Source: Neoconidiobolus thromboides FSU 785
Lineage: Eukaryota; Fungi; Entomophthoromycota
Length of the DNA: 64,000 nucleotides
Direction of reading: 5' to 3'
Assembly (NCBI GenBank): GCA_025603075.1
Contig: MU626354.1
Span: 17,311-81,310 of the forward strand
Under the pieces are notes generated by a model. It was not told the origin of the DNA and made no database searches. It was given only the letters and a program-made list of their open reading frames with translations. How positions within the stretch are numbered: the first letter of the stretch is position 1; every line of letters begins with the position of its first letter. Shown here piece after piece: positions 48,201-60,832 of the stretch. The position numbers and the translations under genes are program-made.

Positions 48201-49990
48201 ATGCTTTCCAACTTTTTAAATGGTAATTCGGAGGTTAAAAAGTAGGTTTATCTTGTACTCATCAAATTATTACAAAGTTTATTTTTACACTATTAGAATT
48301 CTACTTCTTGGTTCGGGCTTTGTTGTACCACCATGTTTGGAATATTTAGCAAAAAATAAAAACAATCAAATAACTATGGGTAAGCTAATTTTACTTACTA
48401 TTCGAATCCTAAACCAATTTTCTATTAGCCTCTTTGGACCTTGAACGTGCTTATGAATTAGCAGCAAAAAGACCAAATATTAAAGTAACTTCTGTTGATG
48501 TTACGGATGACTCTAGTTTAGATGACTTGATTTCTAAACACGATATAGTCATTAGGTAATATTATTTTACAAAGATACTAAAGTATTACTTATTAATTTA
48601 ATAACTCCAGTTTAATCCCTTATATTTTTCATTGCAACGTCATCAAATCAGCGATAAAATTCCAAAAGGATGTGGTAACTACATCTTACATCTCAGATGA
48701 GATGGCTAAGTTTGATGAAAGGTAAACTTAATTCATGATTCATTAACTCCTATTAACAATGGACTTCAGTGCTAAAAAAGCCAACGTTATGATTATGAAT
48801 GAGATTGGACTTGATCCAGGAGTTGATCATTTATATGCTTTAAAAACAATTAATGAAGTACACGAAGAAGGGGGCAAAATCTTATCCTTTTTAAGTTATT
48901 GTGGTGGTTTACCTGCACCTGAAGCTTCCGATAATCCTTTAGGTTATAAATTTTCATGGTCAAGTAGAGGTGTTCTATTGGCTTTAAGAAATTCAGCTAA
49001 ATTCCTTAAAGATGGCGAGGTAAAATTAAAATCTAATTCAAAAATTAAAATACTTAGCTTATTGTCAGGTAGTTGAAGTTAAAGGCAGCGAGTTGATGCA
49101 TTCTGCTAAAAAAATCGATATTTTACCAGCTTTAGCAGTAGTTGGTTATGCCAATAGAGATTCTTCTGGATATCGCGAAAGATACAATATCCCAGAAGCT
49201 AAAAATGTTTTAAGAGGCACTTTAAGGTATGAAGGTTTTTGTGAATTTATCCAAGCTTTGGTGGATCTCGGATTTTTAAATGATGAACCACAATCTTACC
49301 TTACAGATGAATCTCCAGGTCTTAAATGGAAAGAAGTGCTGTTTAAGGTGCTTGGTATTGAAGAGGACAATGAAGAGTACGGCTTTATTATATTTTTTTA
49401 AAACAACTTCTAATAAATTTATAGGATAGTAAAAATGGCCATTTTTAATAAAATTGAATGGGCTACCAAAGAAATCAAAGAAAAGATATTTAGTGGAATA
49501 AGATGGTAACCAATAGACAGCAATTTTATAAAATCACTCATACCCAATTTTAGGCTAGGTCTCTATTCCGATGCACCATGTACTAAACGGGGAGGTAATT
49601 TATTGGATAGTTTGTGCGCTACTTTAGAAGAAAAGATGGCTTACGAAGACGGAGAAAAGGATATGGTTCTTTTGCAACATACTTTTGAAGTAGAGACAAA
49701 AGATAACCTAAAACAAACACGCACTTCCACTCTTATTGAATATGGTGAGCAAAATGGTTTCACTGCTATGGCTAAACATGTTGGTATCCCTTGTGCGGTT
49801 GCTTGTCAGTTGATTTTGGATGGTGAGTTTTTAATGATTTTTTATATCTTATTCAATTATTAATGTTTTCATAGGAAAAATGAGAGTACCTGGTGTACAT
49901 GCTCCTATCATTAAGGATATTTATTTACCTTTATTAAAGGAATTGGAAGCTGAAGGTATCGTTTGTAAAGAAAAAATTATTGAACACTAA
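48201..49990 (+). CDS. LYS9: Saccharopine dehydrogenase (NADP+, glutamate-forming), multi-intron
   Basis: ATG 48201 spliced to KILLLGSGFV; NEIGLDPGVDHLYA, SYCGGLPAPEASDNPLGYKFSWSSRGVLLA, RGTLRY, TAMAKHVGIPCAVA; TAA 49988-49990. Confidence 0.95.
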
Positions 49991-50407
49991 GTCTATCTTT
50001 TTAAATGTATTAAATTTAATTTTCCAAATTATAACTTTCCAAAAAAATGATGTGTGTTAGACTTTTTATCCTTCTGTTTGTCTTATTTTAAAAAGTTTAT
50101 TAATTTGTGAAAGGAGCATAAATATTTTTTAAGAGACTCTAAGTGTATGAAGCTTTCTAAAAAATAAACAAAATAGAATAAGCTACTATAAATTAAAATA
50201 GAACATAATCGAACTTGAACTACAATTGAAAATTATTTAATATTAAAAAATTAGTATTTGATAAAATTAAAAATGATAAGTTTTTCCTAGTACTTTAATT
50301 TAATAATTTAAATATGTATCCAACCTCATCAAATATTATTAACTATGATATTCGATTCAAATAAAGAGCTAAAAACTCAAAACTTTATTAGATATAGTTG
50401 ATTGAAA

Positions 50408-51481
50408 TTAACATATCCCACCCAATTTAATACCCCAAATATTCAAATGATCTTCTACTGAAGGAGTATACCATTTCGAGGCGGAACAATTGGGATCTTC
50501 TAGATAGTCATTATTACAATAAATATCTTTGTTTCCATTTATCCAGATCTCGTGATGATGATGATAATAATTGGATACGAATTTAAGCTGTGGAGGTAAA
50601 TGAGGTACTATATCATCGCTATTAACAGCTCTAGTTAAAGTAAAAGTTTGCTGATTTAAATAGTGTGCGAATTCTTCATCTCCAATCCTTGGCTGGCCAT
50701 AAGTGAAAACTTCTAATCTCTCATCCTTTAAACCAAGCCTTTGTCTTAACATTAAAGCACTTAACACACTTATTGCACCGCCCAAGCTATGACCAACAAC
50801 AACTAATTTGTAATGTTTATGTTTGTTCAATGACTCCTTTAATCTGTCAATATATAATGGTAATAAGCTATCAGTACATTGTTTGAACCCACGATGGACT
50901 TTATATTCTTTATTATTCAGTGCAATAGAATCTTTAAAAACTTTGGCATCTTGAATGAAATTCCTTAACGTTGAGCTTCCACGGAAAGATAATACCACTA
51001 CTTCCTTATTTTTATCAACTGCCAGATAAGCTTTTGATTCGGTAGTTTTGTCATTATAAGTAGCTACATGTTGAATTGGTATTTCTTTACAATGCGAGCA
51101 TGACCAGGCCTCTAAATTTGTGTCATTACAGTAAGCTGCCCCAGCCAATCTAGCATAATATTTACTAGCTTGTATGTCACTCACTTTCAACTGAGTTGGG
51201 ATCTCAGACGCTCGCAAAGTATCCTCTTCCTGTGGTTCCAATTTCACATTTTCTTTTAAATAGTTCAAGTTTTCCATCAAGTCCTTAAAGTAGTCATCTT
51301 CAACTAAACTTCTGTTAATATTAATACTTGGGTCAACTTTATTATTATTTAAAGATAACACGTTAGAACTGGTAATATTAGTAGTAGCACTGTTGCGATC
51401 ACTTTGAACTGTTTGGCATTGGGTTAATAATACTCCATAAAATAAAACAATAATCATTGAATTATTATAACTTAAGAGCAT
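50408..51481 (-). CDS. Secreted class-3 triacylglycerol lipase L3 (intact, intronless)
   Basis: Signal peptide, propeptide, AAYC, FRGS, GHSLGG, DIVPHLPP, EDH. Confidence 0.93.
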   Translation of the reverse strand: MLLSYNNSMIIVLFYGVLLTQCQTVQSDRNSATTNITSSNVLSLNNNKVDPSININRSLVEDDYFKDLMENLNYLKENVKLEPQEEDTLRASEIPTQLKVSDIQASKYYARLAGAAYCNDTNLEAWSCSHCKEIPIQHVATYNDKTTESKAYLAVDKNKEVVVLSFRGSSTLRNFIQDAKVFKDSIALNNKEYKVHRGFKQCTDSLLPLYIDRLKESLNKHKHYKLVVVGHSLGGAISVLSALMLRQRLGLKDERLEVFTYGQPRIGDEEFAHYLNQQTFTLTRAVNSDDIVPHLPPQLKFVSNYYHHHHEIWINGNKDIYCNNDYLEDPNCSASKWYTPSVEDHLNIWGIKLGGIC

Positions 51482-52256
51482 CTTTATAATATATTATAGA
51501 TAATTAATTCAATGTAAAATTTTATAAATATAACGTTATAAGTTTTAAGGTTTTATATTTTTCCAATTTGTGTATGTTTGTAATCGCCATATTATAATCA
51601 TATTACATGATCAGTTTACCTAATAGGAATATGTTTAATGAATAGCTTAGATTGTAAAGTATACTGTAAATTCGTCAAGTATAGTTTAATTCAAATGTTC
51701 TTTAGATTAATTGATTTACCTTCTGTAGTTTAATTATTTATTAATGTATCCAACTTCCCTGTCATTTAAATGTTTTTACTCAATCAAACTAATTAAATAC
51801 TGGTCTAAATCCAAAGGAAAAGAGAATATTATATCATAGAGGAAATATGAATTCTTTGTTTTATTAGAAAATATCTGACTCAATAAGCTTATTATCTTTT
51901 AAATTAGCTTAACAACACGGAATTTAATTACTATCCGACTTTTACTTGGGAGAAATTCTGTTATTTTATCTTTTTATCATGTTTATTCTTAAATCTTTTA
52001 TTATACTTCTAAATTATTACGAGTACTGAAAAAATTATTAATTTCTTTTATGCAAACCTTGTCTTTGAATTAACGATTTATGTTGTTTAAATTGATAATT
52101 TACACTTGAGTAAAATAAACTGATTATAAGATATCATTGCATATATATCGAATACATATTTTTTTAACAAAATAAAATGTTAATGTCATATTTTGTATAT
52201 TGATTGGTAAAAACTTTTTAAGATGACTATATTATTTATAAACAAAACTACTAAAT

Positions 52257-52354
52257 GGAGGTGTTTTTTTTGGTTTCCTCACTTTTCCGTTTTTAAAGCG
52301 CTATTTAAGTGAAAAATTTGCTAATAAAATTCTTAAGAAAAAAAATACTTCCTC
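52257..52354 (+). mobile_element. MITE copy
   Basis: TSD AAAT/AAAT. Confidence 0.9.
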
Positions 52355-52691
52355 AAATATTTGTTTAAAATCATAAAATTCAAATTTAAATCTACTATTC
52401 GTAATGAATAAAAAAGTTTTTGGCTTTATCACTTTTCTTATTAAGTATTATAAAATCTAATGCTCAAGACTTGTTTAGTTTGTATTGTAAAAAGCTGAAA
52501 ATTAAAATTTTTATAACAACTTGGTGAAAAAATGCATAAAATATAAAAAAGCTATGAATAAAGTACAAAGTTATACTAGTAACAATAATAAAAAAATATA
52601 AATAAAAAATATTTACAATAAAAAGTTGAAGATGTAGCTAAAGCTCAGGATTCAATTTTTATATAATATTATATTTTCAATAAAAACATGT

Positions 52692-52790
52692 GGGGATGTA
52701 TTTCTGTATTTAAGAATTTTACTAACAAATTTTTCACTTAAATAGCGCTTAAAAAATGGAAAAAATAATGAAGTCAAAAAAAACACTCCC
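52692..52790 (-). mobile_element. MITE copy
   Basis: Non-palindromic TSD ATGT/ATGT. Confidence 0.93.
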
Positions 52791-52887
52791 ATGTGTTTAT
52801 ATAGTCTTATAATCCTGGGTGAAACTGATAATTATATGCTCCAAGTTGTATAATTAAAACAGACTTTGATCTATAAACACAATATAT

Positions 52888-52986
52888 GGGGCTGTTTTTT
52901 TTGGTTTCATAACTTTTTCCATTTTTCAGGCGCTATTTGAGCAGAAAGATTATTAGTAAAACTATTAAGCAAAAAAATACATCCCC
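52888..52986 (+). mobile_element. MITE copy
   Basis: TSD ATAT/ATAT. Confidence 0.92.
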
Positions 52987-54270
52987 ATATGCTTATTATA
53001 TAGGCTATAAAAAACAAACAAAAAAACAAAAAAACAAAAACAGGCCCAATAAGAATGATATAATTAAAAAGTAAATTAAATAAGATACATAGTTTTTAAT
53101 ACAAAAGCAAAGCATAATAAATACTTGGATAATTAAAATATAATTTATAAAACTACTTTTTACAATTTGTATTATTTTACTAAACTATACAAAACTATTA
53201 AAAGTTTAAACTAACTTTAAAACTTTTTTATCTAAACTGATTTATATAGGTGACATTATTTTATAGTTAATTTTAAATAAATCTATATTATTTTTTGTTC
53301 CTACTTTTGATGCTTTTTTGGTTTTTTCAAAAACAATTATTAAAACTTTACTTATTTTTTATATTTTATTATTAATAGGCTTAATAATCTTTGATATTTA
53401 TAATAAAAATAAACTATAATAATATTACTATTTTTTTGAATTTAATAGAAATTCCCGGATCAGTAAGGCCTTTAATAATATAGCCTATATGTCGATATTA
53501 ACTGAAGTTGTAGTATGTAAATAAATGTATATTCCTATAAAAGCTTATTGAAAAATATTTATAAACAACTGTCTTATAGCCAACATTGTAAATTCGCTAT
53601 TAAATAAACAAATAAATAATTTCAACATTATATTATAATATTGATATATTACTAAGTTAATAAATAGCTGTATAGAAGGGAATGGTTAACCTCAAGACTA
53701 TAACTAATCATCCTTATATGGTACAAGCAATATAATAGTTCTTACCTATTATAATTATAATTGTTTACTTTTTAGCTATTTATTAACTTAATTATTAATA
53801 ATTTAAGTAATTTTAATACTTAAGGATTGATCTTTATTATTTAGCAAACTACTTGCTTAATAAATATTGAAACTTTTAAATTTTCTATCATTTTTACAAA
53901 ATAAGCTCGAATTAATTTTTAATTTTTTATAGATTTTATAACTTTAATTAAAATTATATCAGGTTTTTTAATCTATAAGATACTGAATAATACAGTTTAT
54001 TATTAAGTTTAATAAAATATAATTCGTTTTTATTGTTTTATATTTTCAATGCTTTTCGGCTCTATGATTGATTATAATATAGCAACTTAAGTGATTGTTA
54101 TGTTATAATCAACCATAGAGCCGAAAAACAATATTTCACAAAAATTCCATAAACTCTGGATTACTATAAATAGCTATTAAAATCAATGTAAATGAATTAC
54201 AGTGTTTATACAATATGCTTCTCTCTATTACATTAAAATTTTCAAAAAAATTATCTAAAGTTTAACTATA

Positions 54271-54306
54271 TATAGTTATAGTTATAGTTATAGTTATAGT
54301 TATAGT
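54271..54306. repeat. (TATAGT)6 microsatellite
   Basis: Read directly. Confidence 0.9.
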
Positions 54307-54734
54307 TTTTTTGAAAACAGTTATAAAACTGTTTAAAAAATTCTACAATAACTTAATAATTTTAGCCATTTAACAAGAGTTTATAAAATTATATAAATTA
54401 ATTTCTTTAATATGCAAAGTGTAATATATATATATATACCTTTATAGATGAAACTAAAAGCATTCAGTTCTTAAATTTTAAAAAATTACAGTTTACTTTA
54501 TTATTTTACATGTTATTTTCAAATTAAATATTATTTATAATTAGCCATAAACATCTTCAAATTGCAAAAAAAAAGATTTAAACATAAACATGGCCTTAGT
54601 TTCGGCCTGTAATATACAGTACAGATATTTGGTTTAAGTAAATAACTATATAACTATATAACTATATAAATTGATATATTAAAAATAAATTCATGATAGT
54701 TTGTCATAATTTATTGAAATTATCTTTATTATAA

Positions 54735-55814
54735 TCAACATAAACCACCTAATGTGATACCCCAAATTTCCAAGTGATCAAGTACTGAAGGAGTATACCA
54801 TTTAGAAGCTGAACAACTAGGATCTTCTAAGTAATTGTCATTGCAATAGACATCCTTACTCCCATTTACCCAGATCTCATTATGATGATGATGATAATCA
54901 GATATCAATTTGATCTTTGGGGGTAAGTGAGGCACTATATCATTGTTATTAACGACTCGAGCGAAAGTAAAAGTTTGCTTATTAAAATAACGTGCAAATT
55001 CCTTATCACCCACTCTTGGTTCACCAAAAGTAAAAACTGCAAGCCTATCGTCTTTTAAGTTTAGATTTTGTCTTAAGATTAAAGTACTTAATGTAGCTAT
55101 TGCACCACCTAGACTATGACCAACAATAACCAACTTATAATCATTGTACTTGTTTAGCAAGGTTTTTAAATCGTTAATGTACAATGGTAATACCCTCTCA
55201 CTACATTGTTTAAACCCGCGATGCACTTTGTATTGTTTTTTATCAAATACAATTGGATCTTTGAAGAATTTAGCGTCTTGAATGAAATTCCTTAACGTTG
55301 AGCTTCCACGAAAGCCTAAAGTGATTGCTTTTTTGATTTTATCAATTGCTAAATAAGCTTTAGTTTGGGTTAATGTGTCAAGGTAAGTTCCTACATGCTG
55401 AACCGGAATTTCCTTACAATGGGAACATGACCAGGCCTTTAGATTCGCGTCTTTACAATAAGCAGCTCCAGCCAATCTAGCATAATATTTGCTGGTTTGA
55501 ACATCACTTACTTTCAGTTGAGATGGCATCTCAAACGCACGTGAATCAGGCATTTCTTGTGGCTCAAGTCTTACGTTTTTCTTTAAATAGTTTAAATTTT
55601 CCATCAAATTTTTAAAGTACTCATCTTCATTTGGATTCACCTCAGAACTATTAGCGTTTAGGGTAAGTTTATTTTGATTTGATGATAATACGTTACCATT
55701 AGCAATAATAACGGTACCATTCCTAGGACCATCCCCAACCGCTTGGTATTGGGCGATTAAAGATAAACCATATAAAAAAGTAGTAAAAACCGAACTGCTG
55801 TAGCTTAGGAGCAT
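54735..55814 (-). CDS. Secreted class-3 triacylglycerol lipase L4 (intact, intronless)
   Basis: Signal peptide, GHSLGG, DIVPHLPP, LDH. Confidence 0.93.
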   Translation of the reverse strand: MLLSYSSSVFTTFLYGLSLIAQYQAVGDGPRNGTVIIANGNVLSSNQNKLTLNANSSEVNPNEDEYFKNLMENLNYLKKNVRLEPQEMPDSRAFEMPSQLKVSDVQTSKYYARLAGAAYCKDANLKAWSCSHCKEIPVQHVGTYLDTLTQTKAYLAIDKIKKAITLGFRGSSTLRNFIQDAKFFKDPIVFDKKQYKVHRGFKQCSERVLPLYINDLKTLLNKYNDYKLVIVGHSLGGAIATLSTLILRQNLNLKDDRLAVFTFGEPRVGDKEFARYFNKQTFTFARVVNNNDIVPHLPPKIKLISDYHHHHNEIWVNGSKDVYCNDNYLEDPSCSASKWYTPSVLDHLEIWGITLGGLC

Positions 55815-56826
55815 GTTTACTATATTTTAAACTATTAGATTTTAACACTGAAGGTTAATAAATTCAATATACATTTTATAAGCCTTTTATACTCTCATAA
55901 TGAACATATATTTGATATAGTTATACCACAGCTTTATGTTTATGTGATGTGACTACCTGATAGAATCAGGATTAAAGAATAAGTGGGATTGCTGATTATA
56001 GACATATCCAATAGAAATACATATCTCGTAATAACTTTAACTTTCATTACAATGTATTCCAACCCCCTATCACATTTAAATGGTCTAGCTTAATAAAATT
56101 AATTAAATAGCTACAATGACTTGAAAATAGAATAAAATATCCTACTTATGAGAAAAAAATTAGAATCCTTTATTTTCATTAAAGAATGCTCGGTAGTATC
56201 TTGTTTTTATACTTTAAGTTAAATTAGTGATGTGAAATTCGTCAACTACCCGAGTTTTTACTATAAAAAATGATTTCGTTTATTTGTTTTTCATATTTCT
56301 TCTTTAACATTATTTCTCTCCCTTGTTCCAATTTTTTATAATTCAACTTGCTACCTTTAGTAACTACAGGATGGGGACGTTTAATAAGGAGGACTTAAAT
56401 ATCATAGTACAATGAGAAAAGAAAATTAAAAATATTGATAATAGAATTGATATAAAATAATTAAATTTTAAACAAATTTATTGAAAATATGATGAGATAC
56501 ATAAGTTACCATTGTTAAAATAAAGAGAACAATAAATTGACTTATAAACTTTTAAAACAATTATATTAGCATATCAGTGTGATAGAGGGCTTTTTTGTTT
56601 ATTTTTAGCATAAGTAAAATTTATTGAGTATAGTTTTCAACTTGAATTGGCATAGCCTTAAATAAAAAGATGTATTTTAATGTTATGAAGTTCTTAATAA
56701 ACATCTCATTTCTTTCATTTGTTTTTTTTAAAACAGTTTCATAATCTCATATCATTTTTTAAAATTACAAGTTTTAACAAAAATAAAACCAGGCTTTGAA
56801 ATTAATTTCTGTTTAAAATAGACGAC

Positions 56827-56924
56827 AGCGATGTATTTTTTGTTCAAGACTTTTACTGGTAATCTTTCCACTCAAATAGTGCTTGAAAAATGGAAAAAAT
56901 AATGAAATCAAAAAAAACATTCCA
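56827..56924 (-). mobile_element. MITE copy, eroded termini
   Basis: Full core; no clean TSD. Confidence 0.8.
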
Positions 56925-57590
56925 GATCTTTATAATTTTATTGTTATTTTTATTTTTATTTTATATTATAATTTACTATATCATATTACTGGATTTATTG
57001 GTTTTTTTAAATTTCATATTATAATACCTATAAATAAAAATAAAAATTATAAATTAAAAACAGTGTATATTATAGTAACTTAGCTAATATTAATTTGAAC
57101 AAAAAGTTAAATAGTAATTTGTAAAGTTGTAATAACAATTTTATTAAAAAAAATTACAAAGTTATAAAGTTGATGCATTGTTTTATAAACTGTTAATATT
57201 CTTTAATTTAAAATAATTGTATTTGCTTTTGAACTGAATTAATTACTAATATCTTATTTAAATAGATATAGTTATTGCAGTATTATAAAGCAAATTTACT
57301 ATAAGTATAAAGGTTATTATTTTTAAAATTATTATGTTTAATTAAAAATACTTTAAAAATAACGCTACTTATACAAATCAGTTTAGATAAAAAAGTTTTA
57401 AAGTTAATCTAAACTTTTAATAGTTTTAAATAATTTAATACATTTAAATAAACTATAAAATTTAATTTTACTATATACTTTAGTTGTCTAAATATTATTG
57501 CATTTTGTTTTTATATGAACTTATATTATTTAACTTACTTTTTTAACTCTTTTATCATTATTTTATATAGTTTGTTGATAGATTTTATAT

Positions 57591-57686
57591 GATGGTGTTT
57601 TTTTGACCTTATCACTTTTTCCATCTTAAGCGCTACTTGGGTTGAAAAATTCTTAGCAAAATTCTTAAACGAAAAAATACATCCCC
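57591..57686 (+). mobile_element. MITE copy
   Basis: TSD ATAT/ATAT. Confidence 0.88.
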
Positions 57687-58113
57687 ATATAATAGCTATT
57701 TTTAGTTAAAAATATAATAAAAATATAATATACATTTCTAGATTTTTATTATAAACTGTTTTTTTATTTCTATAAAATATTATTTCAATAAGGATTTATT
57801 TGTTTTTATCTATGTTTTATTATTGCCATTGCCAATATAGCTTCGTACTTTATCAAATAATTTTATTATATATTCTATATATTTTTTTACCAAATTATTA
57901 TAAACTTTTTTTGAACTTTTGGCTTCTCATAATTAATATAGAATAACTAAGTTTTAAGCACTAAATTTTATAAATACATTAATATTATAACATTAAAAGC
58001 TGTACTACAAATATCAATTTGTTAATATTTTTTTATTATGATATATTTTTATAAATTTAAAGCTTAAAAAATATTAGAATAGTTATAGTAAAAACTTAAT
58101 CTATAATATATAT

Positions 58114-58212
58114 GGGGATGTATTTTTGTATTTAAGAATTTTACTAACAATTTTTCCGCTTAAATAGTGCTTAAAAAATCGAAAAAATAATGAAGTCAAA
58201 AAAAACACTCCC
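58114..58212 (-). mobile_element. MITE copy
   Basis: TSD ATAT/ATAT; near consensus. Confidence 0.93.
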
Positions 58213-59772
58213 ATATGATTTAAGATAAAATATTATTAAGCTATTTAAAAACTTAAAGCTTTGGTTGTTTTATTGCAGTCTAAAACTTTTGTATAATTAA
58301 TCTTTATAAAAAGCATGCTGTATTAAGTTTTAACCTATACTAAGTAAGTGGAATAAAAATAATAAAGTATTATTTAATTAGAAAATTATAATCTATTATC
58401 AAAAATCCTCATAAAAAGGTCAAAGTTATTAAAAAACTTAAAAAGTAATATAAAACAAAACATATCATCTTTATAACAAAATATCATAATAATAATAATA
58501 ATAATGATAAAAGCCATGATTTGAAACTAATTTTAAACTAGCATCTTTGATTTAATTGTAATAATTAATAAACAAATTTATTATAACTAATAAAAGCTTT
58601 ATTTTCCAAAAAAATAATACTAGCTGCTATATTAGTGCTTATGTTAAATAATAGAAAAATGTCTACCAAACTTATGATTTTGAGTATTATCTAGCATAAA
58701 ATTCTGATTTAAACCTTGTTAAGCATATGTAACTGACTATTAAACATCGTTTTGAGGTATGAAATCTGGTACTCAGGGTTTGGAGTCAAGAGCGGCTATT
58801 GCTGGGTTGACTACACCATAAGTCGAAAGGTCTTAGTTTATGTGACTAAGGTAGACTTGAATTATGAGGAATAGCACGTAATAGGTTACAAACTATATAA
58901 GACAGATAGAATAGGCAATACTAATGTAAAATCTACGTAAAATACTATTAAGGAAACTTAGTGGCTTTATTAAATGTTCGAGCTATCAGGGAATAATTCA
59001 TTTAAAAAGCGTGGAGTTACTATGTTCTAAAATCTCTTCTATACTACAATGAGTATAGATATCAAAGCAAGAGGATAATATTCTTTGAGACGAAGATAGA
59101 AATTCTTATAGTAAATCAAAATAAGAACATGGGATTAATTGTCCCTAAACTCGAGAATGTAGCAGCTTAGGCGATTATTATGCTGTGATTAACCATGGGA
59201 CTGACAAAGCGATATTTCACAGAGGATGAGAAAGTGCATAGAATTGATGCTAAAACATTTAAAGTTATTTTAAGGCAGGAACAAAAACTAATAAGCTATA
59301 GACTTATTAAAAAAGTAATATTAAGTATAACAAAAAAATAGTAAACAGTAATTAATGCTAAAAAAAGGTCTACTAAATATTAAAATAAATAAACTATTAT
59401 ATCAGTTAAAAATATAAGTAAGAAAATATATATATTTATATTTAATATTTTAAAATATAAATTTTAAATTTTAAATATAATAATTTTAATATATTAATAA
59501 AAATTCTTATTTAAATCATTATTTTAAAGTAAACTGATTACAAAATTAAGTGAAACTGAAGGAGTTTACCCTCAATTCTATAAACTTAAAGTTACTTATT
59601 TTTATTCAATTTGTTTTTTAACACTTCAATATGCTAGTTGTAAAAATTTCAAACTTATAAAACAACAAAAAATTCAAACATGTGCTTAGTATCAAAGATA
59701 CTGTATAAATCTATTTAACCAAACCAATGTGAATAGACATATAATCTAAAATGATTAAAAAAGATTTTACAG

Positions 59773-60832
59773 TTAAAAAACACCACCTAATTTGGTACTT
59801 CAAATGCTCAAATGACCAGATATCAGAGGGATATAATATTTAGAAGCTGAATGATTAGGATCGTCTAAATACTTACCATTGCAATAGGTATCTTTTTTAT
59901 CATTTACCTAGATCTCATTATGGTGGTGGCAGTAATTAGATAAAAAATTGATCTGTGGAGGCAAATGAGGCACTGTATCGCTATTATTAACAGCTTTTGT
60001 TGAGCCGAAGCTCTGTTAATTTAAATAGCGTACAAATTCACTATCACCTACTATTGGTTCACAATAAGTAAAAGCTGCAAATCCATTGTCCTTTGAGTCT
60101 AGATTTTGTCTTAAAACCAAAGTACTTAATATAGCTATTACACCACCTAAGCTATGACCAACAGCTAGCTTATGGTCTTCTTTTACTCAATAATGCTTTT
60201 AACCCACCAATATACAATGATAATAGTCTATCTGTATCTGTATCTGTATCTGTATATTGGTTAAACTCATGGTACATTATATATGCTTGCCTATCGAGTA
60301 TAATCCGATCCTTGAAAAATTTACCATTTTGAATAAAATTTTTAATCTTGAACTTTCACAGAAGCGTAATACTACCACTTTCTTTTCTTTATCAATCAAT
60401 AAACAAGCCTTGGACTCTGTTGATTTATCAAAGTAAGTAGCCGCATGTTGAACTAAGATTTCTTTACAATGGGAGCATGACCAGCTCTTTAAGGTTTTAG
60501 CATTACAGCAAGCTGCATCTAATAATCGAACGTAATATTTACTGATCTAAATATCACTTACTTTCAGTTGGATTGGCGTCTCAAACATACGTGGAATGGG
60601 TTCCTCATGTGATTCCAGTTTCACATTTTCTTTTCAAGTTTTCAATTAAGTTTCTAAAGTAAGCTTCTTCAGCCAAATTCCCATTAGTATAGCCACTTAG
60701 CTTGGACATGTTACTGTTTACTGATAGCTCGTTACCATTATCATAGCTGCTTTCAACCACTTAGCACTAGTAGGTTAAAGATAAGCCATATAACAAAGCA
60801 ATAAAGGCTAGACTATCAGGCTTTAAGAGCAT
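59773..60832 (-). pseudogene. Class-3 secreted lipase pseudogene L5
   Basis: ATGCTCTTAAAG start, early TAG, frameshifting deletion in ENLNYLK, further stops, GHSLGG remnant, end GGV(F)*. Confidence 0.92.
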
